DNA of 53,748 nt, taken from NCBI GenBank assembly GCA_052036095.1, contig JBPOHA010000032.1, positions 1 to 53,748 of the forward strand, written 5' to 3'. Made by a program: the position numbers and the translations under genes. The notes beneath the pieces are model-generated. The model saw only the letters and a program-made list of their open reading frames with translations. It made no database searches and was not told the DNA's origin. Below are positions 25,796 to 33,989 of this stretch, piece after piece; the stretch's first letter is position 1, and each line of letters begins with the position of its first letter. Origin of the DNA: Bacillota bacterium (GTDB lineage: Bacteria > Bacillota > Clostridia > TANB77 > CAG-508).

Positions 25796-27784
25796 ATGAA
25801 GGTTTTATTTGCAGTAAGTAATGATAATATAACAACATCAGTTGTTAATAGATATCAACAAAAATTTAAGGAAATAATAACTAGTAAAAATGTATATTAT
25901 TTTAATGCAATAATAAAAGAATTACAAAAAGACAAAACATACGACATAGTTGTAATTGGAGAGGATTTAGAACCAATTTCCAATAATAATTATGATGCAG
26001 TTGATAAATTTATATTTGAAAAGCTTGATAGTATAAGCGATGAGGCATCAAAACCAACAGGTGAGGATATCCCAATTATACTAATTTGCTCTGATAGAAG
26101 GACAAAGTCAGACCAATTATTAATAAAATTATTTGGAATAGGCGTTTATAATGCCTTATTAGGTAATGACAGAAGCATAGATATGGTATGCAATTTAATT
26201 GCAAAGCCACGTAATAAAAAAGAAGCTAAGAATTACTACAAAATAGAGTCAAATGATGTAGAATATAAGCCGGAAACCGATAGCGATGTGAGCGAATCAG
26301 AAATACAAAGTATATTAGCACATTATAAGAAAGTAGGAAATAATGAAAAAAAATGTGTTGAAAGTTTTGATAGCATTGCTGAACAATATACGGATTCACA
26401 ATTAAGAATAATAGTTACATTCTTACCAATTAGTGTAAAAGCTATTTTGGAAGCTAATTCACCAAGATATCAACAATTAATGACAAGTGGAACAGTATTA
26501 ACAAATGGAAAATATATGCAATACAATAAACAACCAGTTACGAAACCAGGAAATATTGACGTGTTAACTAAAGACTTGGAAAAGCCAAAACTAAATGAAC
26601 CAGTAATAATACCAGCTACGATGAATATTCAAGAAAAATTGGAAAATGAATTAAAAAAAGGAATATCACAACAAAGCTATAACCAGTCAACTAATGTTAT
26701 AAATCAATATGGACAACCAAATTACAATAAGAATTTTCAGCAGTCAAATTATAATCAATCAAGCAATGTTGCAAATCAATATATGCAACCAAATTACAAT
26801 AAAAATACCCAGCAGTCAAATTATAATCAATCAAGCAATGTTGCAAATCAATATATGCAACCAAATTACAATAAAAATACCCAACAGGCAAATTATAATC
26901 AATCAAGCAATGTTGCAAATCAATATATGCAGCCAAATTATAATGCAAATACCCAACAGGCAAATTATAATCAATCAAGCAATGCTGCAAATCAATATAC
27001 ACAGCCAAATTATAATACAAATACTCAACAAGCAAATTATAATATAAATAATGAAAATCAATTTCAAAATGATAATCTTAATGCACAATACAACGATAAA
27101 AAAAATGCAAATATGACATTTAATATAGAAGAATTAGCTACTCCAGTAAAAAATAATAATAATGAAGTTAATGTTGAATCTAATAAAGATTTAAACAAAT
27201 TGTTAAATCAAACCCCTTCTTTAAATAATTTTAATGATGCTAAAAATACAACTATGCCAGTACAAGAAGAAAAAAGTAGTATATTGCCAGGACTAGAAGA
27301 AACAAGTAGTGTATTGCCAGGAATGGATGAAACAAGTAGTGTATTGCCAGGACTAGAAGAAACAAGCAGTGTATTGCCAGGAATAGATGAAACAAGCAGT
27401 GTATTGCCAGGACTAGAAGAAACAAGTAGTGTATTGCCAGGAATAGATGGAACAAGTAATGTATTGCCAGGAACAGATGAAACAAGTAATGTATTGCCAA
27501 AAGCAGAAAATGAAAATATATCTGCAAATCAGTTAGTAGTGCAACCAGAAAATTTATTAACTACAATGCAAACAAATACTTCTTTGCAAAATTTTCCAAC
27601 AGAAGGGGAAACTATTAGAAGAAGAGGTAGACCAAGAAAAGTTTATACTGGTGATATAATTGAAAATCAAGTAGATTCTACACCAAAAAGAAGAGGCAGA
27701 CCAAGAAAAGTTGTTGATGAGCCAAATAATCAACAATTATTTCAAAATGAATTTAATAATATGCAAGTAGATAATACGAATTAA
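25796..27784 (+). CDS. Repeat-rich protein: receiver-like N-terminal domain, Q/N/Y-rich 24-aa repeats, (ETSSVLPG[LI][ED]) repeats, two AT-hooks. Ends at an in-repeat TAA
   Basis: The N-terminus has alternating beta/alpha character (KVLFAVSND...YDIVVIGEDLEP...IPIILICSD), which looks like a CheY-like fold. RRRGRPRK is at 27617-27640 and KRRGRPRK at 27686-27709. It is in the same frame as the next ORF. Confidence 0.7.
   Translation: MKVLFAVSNDNITTSVVNRYQQKFKEIITSKNVYYFNAIIKELQKDKTYDIVVIGEDLEPISNNNYDAVDKFIFEKLDSISDEASKPTGEDIPIILICSDRRTKSDQLLIKLFGIGVYNALLGNDRSIDMVCNLIAKPRNKKEAKNYYKIESNDVEYKPETDSDVSESEIQSILAHYKKVGNNEKKCVESFDSIAEQYTDSQLRIIVTFLPISVKAILEANSPRYQQLMTSGTVLTNGKYMQYNKQPVTKPGNIDVLTKDLEKPKLNEPVIIPATMNIQEKLENELKKGISQQSYNQSTNVINQYGQPNYNKNFQQSNYNQSSNVANQYMQPNYNKNTQQSNYNQSSNVANQYMQPNYNKNTQQANYNQSSNVANQYMQPNYNANTQQANYNQSSNAANQYTQPNYNTNTQQANYNINNENQFQNDNLNAQYNDKKNANMTFNIEELATPVKNNNNEVNVESNKDLNKLLNQTPSLNNFNDAKNTTMPVQEEKSSILPGLEETSSVLPGMDETSSVLPGLEETSSVLPGIDETSSVLPGLEETSSVLPGIDGTSNVLPGTDETSNVLPKAENENISANQLVVQPENLLTTMQTNTSLQNFPTEGETIRRRGRPRKVYTGDIIENQVDSTPKRRGRPRKVVDEPNNQQLFQNEFNNMQVDNTN
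26669..27043 (+). repeat. 72-bp coding tandem repeat (about 5 copies) encoding QQ(S/A)NYNQSSNVANQYMQPNYN(K/A/T)NT
   Basis: Direct reading of the DNA and the translation. It also creates spurious long ORFs on other frames and strands (26697-27035 -, 26709-27047 +). Confidence 0.9.
27266..27500 (+). repeat. 30-bp coding tandem repeat (about 8 copies) encoding ETSSVLPG(L/I/M)(E/D)
   Basis: Direct reading: gaagaaacaagtagtgtattgccaggacta-type units repeated back to back. Confidence 0.9.
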
Positions 27785-28135
27785 TATTCAAATAGAAATC
27801 AAGTAGACAATACGAATTCATATTCAAATAGCAATCAAGTAGACAATACGAATTCATATCAAAATAGCAATTCAGTAGACAATACGAATTCATATTCAAA
27901 TAGCAATCCAGTAGACAATACGAATTCATATCAAAATAGCAATCCAGTAGATAATACGAATTCATATTTAAATAGCAATCCAGTAGACAATATGAATTCA
28001 TATTCAAATAGCAATCCAGTGGATAATACGAATCCATATTTAAATAGCAATCCAGTAGATAATATGAATTCATATTCAAATAGCAATCCAGTAGAAAATA
28101 TGAACCCATATTCAAACAGCACTCCAGTAGAAAAT
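27755..28135 (+). repeat. 36-bp coding tandem repeat (about 10 copies) encoding NSNPVDNTNSYS. It spans the stop of ORF 25796-27784 and the start of ORF 27992-29161
   Basis: Units of the type aat agc aat cca gta gac aat acg aat tca tat tca read continuously in one frame from before 27782 to about 28135. Confidence 0.9.
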
Positions 28136-29161
28136 ATAGATAATTTTAGTGCACAACAAGAGACTAATAAATCAAATGATGATTTAATTGCTATTCAAAA
28201 TAATCAGCAATATAAGAACAACCTCTCATTTACAGGAATTGGAAAATTGGTAGCATTTATAGGGACGAGTAAAAATGGAACATCATTTATTGTAAATAAT
28301 TTGGCACAATTACTTTCACAAAGTGGAATAAATGTAGCGATATTAGATGTTACTAAAAATAAAAATTCATATTATATGTTTACAGATAATAATCCAGAAT
28401 TAGTGAAGGTAGCAACAGACAGTATAAAGAATTTGTCAGAAGGAAGAACACAAGGATTAAAAGTAAATGCAAAGTTGACTGTTTATACATCATTACCAGG
28501 AGAAATTGAAGAAAATGATAATCCTAAGATAATGTTACAAACACTATCAAGTAATTATGATGTTACACTTATAGACTGTGATTTTAAATCAGATATTTCA
28601 TATTTTACTGATGTAAATGAAATATATTTAGTTCAATCAATGGATGCATTAACAATTCAGCCATTAACACAATTTTTAAATGACTTAAAAAATAGAAATT
28701 TGTTAGTAGAAAGTAAACTTAGAGTTATTATAAATAAATATGTTAGATTAAAAATGTTAAATGATAAAATGATAATAGCAGGTATGTCAAGATATAATGA
28801 ACCTTCAATGACACTACAAAAAGATTTATTTAATAGAGATACAATTAAATATATTGATATTCCATTTGAAATGCAAACATACGAAAGATATCTTGAAGAA
28901 ATAGCTTTATGTCAAATTTCGATAAATGGATATTCTCAACAATTTATTGAAAGCTTAAATGAACTAAAAAATATGGTATATCCTCTTATATCTGGAAGAA
29001 ACAGTGGAAATTATGAAAAAAAAGTAAATAGTGTGTATAATAATTACGAAAAGACAAAAAAACATGGCTTTTTCGGATTAAGAAAACCAAAGCAACAACA
29101 AGCAACACAATTCTCTGGTGATGTAAATGATACATTAAACAAAATGAGATCAAATTTTTAG
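27992..29161 (+). CDS. ParA/MinD-fold protein with degenerate Walker A. The reading frame is open upstream to 27785
   Basis: By eye it aligns with MinD/ParA: VAFIGTSKNGTSFIVNNLAQLLSQSGINVAILDV corresponds to the xxSGKGGVGKTT...VxxxDxD region, VTLIDCDF to the Walker B region, and RVIINKY to the later conserved strand. There is no RBS before the ATG at 27992, which sits inside the repeat array. Confidence 0.65.
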   Translation: MNSYSNSNPVDNTNPYLNSNPVDNMNSYSNSNPVENMNPYSNSTPVENIDNFSAQQETNKSNDDLIAIQNNQQYKNNLSFTGIGKLVAFIGTSKNGTSFIVNNLAQLLSQSGINVAILDVTKNKNSYYMFTDNNPELVKVATDSIKNLSEGRTQGLKVNAKLTVYTSLPGEIEENDNPKIMLQTLSSNYDVTLIDCDFKSDISYFTDVNEIYLVQSMDALTIQPLTQFLNDLKNRNLLVESKLRVIINKYVRLKMLNDKMIIAGMSRYNEPSMTLQKDLFNRDTIKYIDIPFEMQTYERYLEEIALCQISINGYSQQFIESLNELKNMVYPLISGRNSGNYEKKVNSVYNNYEKTKKHGFFGLRKPKQQQATQFSGDVNDTLNKMRSNF

Positions 29162-29183
29162 CATTATATAAATTAGAAATGAG

Positions 29184-30323
29184 GTGAATTTTTTGATATT
29201 AGGCATAATAATATTATTAGTTACAATTGTTATAATTTTAATGATATATAACTATTCTGTCCATAAAAAAATAGATACTTTTACAAATTTAAATCAAAGA
29301 GTTACTAGCCTTAATATTTTACAAGAATTTATGAATACTCTAGGTGAGAGCACGTCTATAAACGAAAAGTTAGAAAATATTAATGACATATTAATTAATA
29401 AGTATTCTATAAAATATTCTACGATAGTCGTATTTGATGGTTCTGAGTATGTAGTAAAGGCCTCAAATGTTGATAAAAAGCATTGGGAAACTTTAAAAAA
29501 CTTACAAAGTGATCCAGTTTTTGGAGATAGTATAAAAACAGCTACTCCTAAATACGTTACAGTCGATAATGAAAGTGAAAAATTGCCTTATCAAAAAATG
29601 GAATTTGGAAGAGCAAAATGTGCAATGTTCTTTCCACTATATGTAGAAAATGTATATATTGGATATTGGATTATAGAAGGTAGTGTTCCACACGAATTTG
29701 ACAAAATGGACACGACAATTTTGGAAGTCGTACGAGATAACATTGTAACAATATTAAAGACTGTAGAAAATCAGGCAACAATCGAAAATATAGTAAGAGA
29801 TGACTTATATTCAGGCTTAAAGTCAGCAGAATATTTGTATGGAGAAGGAAAGAAAAAGATTGATCAGTATACTACATCTGCAATATGTTTATTTAAAATT
29901 AGTAATTTGTTAGAGATAGACAATAATGTAAGTAGAAAAACTGGAGATAATGTAATTACAATTATATCAAAGACAGTTAAAGAAAATTTGGCTGATAATT
30001 ATGTTTTTGTACGTTATATGGGTCCAAAATTTGCTATAGTATTTTCAGGGGCAGATGTTAATGGAGTTATGAATTTTATGACATCTATTAAAGAAAGATT
30101 AGAACAATTGAAAATACAAGCTGCAGACGATTATTTTAAAGATATCTCTAATCAAAGGGAAAGTGAAAATCAAAAAATAGTTAGCAGACCTACTATTGCT
30201 GTAAGCCCTAAGATAAGAGCTGTAATCTCTACATATTATAAAGGAACATCATTAGATGGTGCTTTAAAAAAGCTAGAAGAGTATATAGATTCTTCAAATG
30301 AAAATAATATAATATCAATGTAA
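29184..30323 (+). CDS. Membrane-anchored GAF-like + degenerate GGDEF-domain protein
   Basis: N-terminal TM. The central region is GAF-like ([18 protein letters not shown]...[19 protein letters not shown]). The C-terminal region has GGDEF-fold landmarks: [10 protein letters not shown] (for DxLTGLxNR), TGDNVI (for GHxxGDxVL) and RYMGPKF in place of RxGGDEF. The start is uncertain (GTG 29184 or TTG 29193 after GAGGTG). Confidence 0.7.
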   Translation: MNFLILGIIILLVTIVIILMIYNYSVHKKIDTFTNLNQRVTSLNILQEFMNTLGESTSINEKLENINDILINKYSIKYSTIVVFDGSEYVVKASNVDKKHWETLKNLQSDPVFGDSIKTATPKYVTVDNESEKLPYQKMEFGRAKCAMFFPLYVENVYIGYWIIEGSVPHEFDKMDTTILEVVRDNIVTILKTVENQATIENIVRDDLYSGLKSAEYLYGEGKKKIDQYTTSAICLFKISNLLEIDNNVSRKTGDNVITIISKTVKENLADNYVFVRYMGPKFAIVFSGADVNGVMNFMTSIKERLEQLKIQAADDYFKDISNQRESENQKIVSRPTIAVSPKIRAVISTYYKGTSLDGALKKLEEYIDSSNENNIISM

Positions 30324-30349
30324 AATTTTATAAAAAAGGAGAGAAAATT

Positions 30350-30604
30350 ATGGCTACAGATGAAACAGTAAGTTTTAATGTTGAAAGAGAAGAAAATGCT
30401 AAAACGAAAGAAATATTAAAAGATGTGTATGATGCTTTACAAGAGAAAGGCTATAATCCAATTAATCAAATAGTAGGTTATATATTATCTGGTGATCCAA
30501 CATATATTACTAGCCATAAAGGTGCACGTAATTTAATAAGACAAGTTGAAAGAGACGAACTTCTTGAAAAGATGGTAAAAGAATACATTAATGTTAATAA
30601 ATAA
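30350..30604 (+). CDS. ireB: IreB-family regulatory phosphoprotein (UPF0297 / YrzL)
   Basis: 84 aa. The conserved core is [40 protein letters not shown]. It lies immediately upstream of ruvX, as in Bacillus (yrzL-yrrK). Confidence 0.85.
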   Translation: MATDETVSFNVEREENAKTKEILKDVYDALQEKGYNPINQIVGYILSGDPTYITSHKGARNLIRQVERDELLEKMVKEYINVNK

Positions 30605-30610
30605 AAAAAT

Positions 30611-30666
30611 CGGAACGCTAATAAACTAATAATTTTTATTGTTTTAAGCGTTCCGTAAGTTTTTTC
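30611..30666 (+). terminator. Possible intrinsic terminator (large loop)
   Basis: Stem CGGAACGCT (30611-30619) / AGCGTTCCG (30647-30655), followed by TAAGTTTTTTC. The 27-nt loop lowers confidence. Confidence 0.45.
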
Positions 30667-30783
30667 TTATTAAAAGCTATTTTTTATAATATTATTAATA
30701 GAATAACAAAAAAATGCAAGAATAGTATATAGAAATATGGAAGATAAGTATAAAATAAAAAAATTACTAGAATAGGATAAGAT

Positions 30784-31203
30784 ATGAGTAGAAAATTAGG
30801 AATTGATTACGGTATTTCAAGAACAGGAATAGCAATAACAGACGAATTAGGAATAACTGCACAAGGATTAGAAACTATAACTTCAAATGGAAATGACAAA
30901 GCGATATTAAGGAGAATAGCAGCACTACTTGAACAATATGATATTGATACTTTTGCAATTGGAAATCCTTTAAATATGGATGGAACAGAAAGCAAGAGGT
31001 CAATAGAAACTGACGAGTTCATTCATAAATTGAAGTCAAGGTTTAACAATATTGAAATAGTAAAAGTAGACGAAAGACTAACAACGGTTGAAGCACATAA
31101 AACTATGAATTTATTAAATATAAATAATAGGAAAAAGAAAGAAGTAGTAGACACTATTGCAGCAGTATATATATTAGAGGGTTATATTAATAAAAAAAAG
31201 TAA
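30784..31203 (+). CDS. ruvX: Holliday-junction resolvase-like / pre-16S rRNA nuclease RuvX (YqgF)
   Basis: 139 aa. N-terminus is LGIDYGISRTGIAITDELGITAQGLETI. DERLTTVEA is also present. This is the typical YqgF family. Confidence 0.9.
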   Translation: MSRKLGIDYGISRTGIAITDELGITAQGLETITSNGNDKAILRRIAALLEQYDIDTFAIGNPLNMDGTESKRSIETDEFIHKLKSRFNNIEIVKVDERLTTVEAHKTMNLLNINNRKKKEVVDTIAAVYILEGYINKKK

Positions 31204-31545
31204 AAGTTTTGAAATATTAAATTAAAAAAAGATAATATAGAATAAATCATCTAGATTTTATGACATAACATAATAAATAAATATTTTTATCTATTGTGCG
31301 ATTAAATAGTTAAGTAAAAGATATTACTATTGTCATATAATTTATGAGAAAATACTTGATTTTTGAGCCAAATTGGTGTAAAATAAATGATGTCGCATAC
31401 AAAGTATGCAAAGAGAACGCTTAAAATTTATTATTAAGCAATTTATTAATTAAAATTTTGATAAATTTAGAATATTCCAATTAATTAATGTCAAATATTA
31501 GTTTTGATAAAATTAGAATATTAATTGTAGAAAGGGGTAATAATA

Positions 31546-32112
31546 ATGGCAACAGTATATTCAGCAGGAGATTTTAGAAATGGAACAACATTTGAAATGG
31601 ATGGTAATGTATATAGGATAGTAGAATTCCAACACGTAAAACCAGGAAAGGGATCAGCATTCGTTAGAACAAAGATTAAGAATGTTGTAAATGGAAGTGT
31701 AATTGAAAGAACTTTCAATCCATCAGAAAAATTTCCAGCAGCAGAAATAGAAAAGAAAGAAATGCAATATCTATATGAAGATAGTGGATTATATTATTTC
31801 ATGGATAATGAAACTTATGAACAAATTCCATTAAATAAAGAACAATTAGGAGATAGTTTAAAATTCTTAAAGGAAAATATGAATGTTAAACTATTATCAA
31901 TAAAAGGCAATGTATTTTCTATTGAACTTCCAATATCAATAGAATTAAAAGTTACTTATACAGAGCCAGGATTTGCAGGAAATACTTCAACAACATCAGG
32001 AAAACCTGCCACACTAGAAAATGGTTATGAATTAACTGTACCTATGTTTATAAACATAGGTGATGTAGTTAGAGTAGACACAAGAAATGGTGAATACATG
32101 GAGAGAGTCTAA
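31546..32112 (+). CDS. efp: Elongation factor P
   Basis: 188 aa. It contains [38 protein letters not shown] and a C-terminal [17 protein letters not shown]. Confidence 0.95.
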   Translation: MATVYSAGDFRNGTTFEMDGNVYRIVEFQHVKPGKGSAFVRTKIKNVVNGSVIERTFNPSEKFPAAEIEKKEMQYLYEDSGLYYFMDNETYEQIPLNKEQLGDSLKFLKENMNVKLLSIKGNVFSIELPISIELKVTYTEPGFAGNTSTTSGKPATLENGYELTVPMFINIGDVVRVDTRNGEYMERV

Positions 32113-32141
32113 TTATAATAAATAGTTTCATAGGAGGGTAA

Positions 32142-32855
32142 ATGTCTGACTTAAGTAAAAAGTACGATAAAATTCTATTAGAATTAAAAGATAAGATTAA
32201 GAATCCAGAAGAATATCAATTTGTAAAGGATAAAGTAAGTGAACTTACAATAATGTTCATGGATTCAATTGATAAGTTTATAGAACTTCAAAATAATCAA
32301 GAAAAAATAGAAAATAAAATAAAAAAGATTCAAAAAGATATAAAACACATTCAAAGCGATTTTTACGTAGAAGAAGATGATGAGTGCAACAATTGTAATT
32401 CTGAATGTGATGATGATGAATGCAATAATTGTAATTGTGGATGTGATGATGATGAATGCGACCACAACAATTGTGAATATGACAATGATAAAGAATGCGA
32501 ATTTGAAATTATTTGCCCATATTGCGATTATGAATTTATTGCTGGTAATACATCAAAAAATACAGACGTAATTGAATGTCCAAAATGTCATAAAATGATT
32601 GAACTTGATTGGAATGACGAAGAATGCGATTGCGAGTCTTGTTCATCATGTTGCTCAGACGAAAAAAATGAAAGTCAAGTATGCAAAAAAACAAATAATA
32701 TTGAAAAAGTTGCTGAAGATTCTACCAATTATGATATTGATTCAAAAAATGAATCAAGTAAAGATTTAGAAAGTTCTAAAAGCAAAGATAATATATTAAA
32801 TTCTAAAAAGAAAAATAAGAATATTTCAAATAATAAAAATGAAGATGATATGTAA
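32142..32855 (+). CDS. Cys/Asp-rich protein with zinc-ribbon motif, conserved position downstream of efp (hypothetical)
   Basis: 237 aa with a coiled-coil-like N-terminus. The (DDDECNNCNC)-type Cys/Asp repeats are followed by CPYC...CPKC (zinc ribbon) and a C.C.SC.SCC cluster. The tail is K/N/S-rich. Confidence 0.6.
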   Translation: MSDLSKKYDKILLELKDKIKNPEEYQFVKDKVSELTIMFMDSIDKFIELQNNQEKIENKIKKIQKDIKHIQSDFYVEEDDECNNCNSECDDDECNNCNCGCDDDECDHNNCEYDNDKECEFEIICPYCDYEFIAGNTSKNTDVIECPKCHKMIELDWNDEECDCESCSSCCSDEKNESQVCKKTNNIEKVAEDSTNYDIDSKNESSKDLESSKSKDNILNSKKKNKNISNNKNEDDM

Positions 32856-32887
32856 TAAAGTAAAAAAATATTAGATGTCAATAAAGA

Positions 32888-32926
32888 AAAAATGGATAAG
32901 CAGTAAAATGAATATCCATTTTTTTG
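32888..32926 (+). terminator. Intrinsic terminator
   Basis: Stem ATGGATA (32892-32898) / TATCCAT (32913-32919), followed by TTTTTT. Confidence 0.5.
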
Positions 32927-32986
32927 AAATATTTGGATTATCATTTTTTTGAAACATTTTAATTATCTATTTTTTAAATACTATAA

Positions 32987-33637
32987 TTAGTTATTTATCG
33001 AAAAAAATTTTAAAGGATTAACAGGAGTGTTCTTTTCTTTTATTGATAAATGAAGATGACATCCAGTAGTGGCTCCATTTGTGGGTTTACCAGTTGAGTC
33101 TTTATAAGGATTATTAGAGATATTATATACATTTTTAGGACCTACATATCCAATTAATTGTTTAGAATAAACTTGATCACCTTTGGAAACAATAAGATTA
33201 GGAGAAACGTGACAATAAGATATAAAAATGTCAGGGTGCGCAGTAGACTGTAAAGTAATTGTGTATCCACCACTAGATCCCCAACCTGAAAAGACTATTT
33301 GCCCATTGACTGAAGCATATAAATTAGTTCCTTCCAACGCAGGAATATCAATCCCTGAATGATAACTTGAAGCACCAGTAGTTGGGACATTACGCTTCCC
33401 AAAGTATGATGAAATTCTTGTATATCCAGGAATTGGCCATGCAAAGTCAAAAATAGAAGAAACTTTAATTGAATCTTCATAATTATCTTGACTTGTATTA
33501 TTTGATAAGATTGAAAAATTGGAAAGAAATGATATAGGGGTGAAAAAGGCAGAGAATATTAAAAGTGTTATTAAAAAAAGTATAGAATATTTAAAAATAG
33601 AATTTGAAAATGGAAAATAAAAAAAAGTACCAAACAT
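32987..33637 (-). CDS. M23 family metallopeptidase (LytM-type)
   Basis: 216 aa with an N-terminal hydrophobic anchor. M23 motifs are YHSGIDIPA (HxxxD) and GCHLHLSI (HxH). Confidence 0.85.
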   Translation of the reverse strand: MFGTFFYFPFSNSIFKYSILFLITLLIFSAFFTPISFLSNFSILSNNTSQDNYEDSIKVSSIFDFAWPIPGYTRISSYFGKRNVPTTGASSYHSGIDIPALEGTNLYASVNGQIVFSGWGSSGGYTITLQSTAHPDIFISYCHVSPNLIVSKGDQVYSKQLIGYVGPKNVYNISNNPYKDSTGKPTNGATTGCHLHLSIKEKNTPVNPLKFFSINN

Positions 33638-33683
33638 GAATTAACCTCCATATCTAGTACCCCTACTAAAATATTAATTTTAT

Positions 33684-33758
33684 TGGCAGGAGTAGTAGGA
33701 TTTGAACCCACACGCACGGTTTTGGAGACCGGAATGCTACCATTAACATCATACTCCT
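33684..33758 (-). tRNA. tRNA-Trp (anticodon CCA)
   Basis: The reverse complement is AGGAGTATGATGTTAATGGTAGCATTCCGGTCTCCAAAACCGTGCGTGTGGGTTCAAATCCTACTACTCCTGCCA. Acceptor stem is AGGAGTA/TACTCCT. Anticodon loop is CTCCAAA. T-arm is GTGGG-TTCAAAT-CCTAC. CCA is encoded. Confidence 0.92.
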
Positions 33759-33989
33759 ATAAAAAATACATAAAATTATATATGTTAAGTAAGTATAATA
33801 AAATATAATTATCAACTTAACAAAAATAATGATAACACAAAAAAGCCAATTCTGCAAGTAAATTTAAAAAATATTATAAAAATATTATAAAAAAAGTATA
33901 AAAATATTATATAAATAAGTATATTACTAATTTACAACTTTATAGGTATCTTAGATTTGAAACCTAAATAAATTGAAAAGGAAAGAGAT

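Noticed and set aside
27782-27784. Alternative genetic code or stop-codon reassignment explaining the in-frame TAA
   Set aside because: Many well-conserved genes in the window (for example eno, mtaB, efp and ruvX) terminate at TAA at the positions expected from their families. No conserved domain is interrupted by in-frame stops elsewhere. The standard code 11 fits.
26697-28122. Long ORFs on other frames and strands (26697-27035 -, 26709-27047 +, 27252-27527 -, 27753-28115 -, 27931-28122 -)
   Set aside because: They are artefacts of the tandem coding repeats. Their translations are periodic nonsense (for example LLDCYLNMNSY repeated) and they overlap the coherent + strand frame.
33666-33857. 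63-aa minus-strand ORF
   Set aside because: It is built largely from the tRNA-Trp gene sequence (33684-33758).
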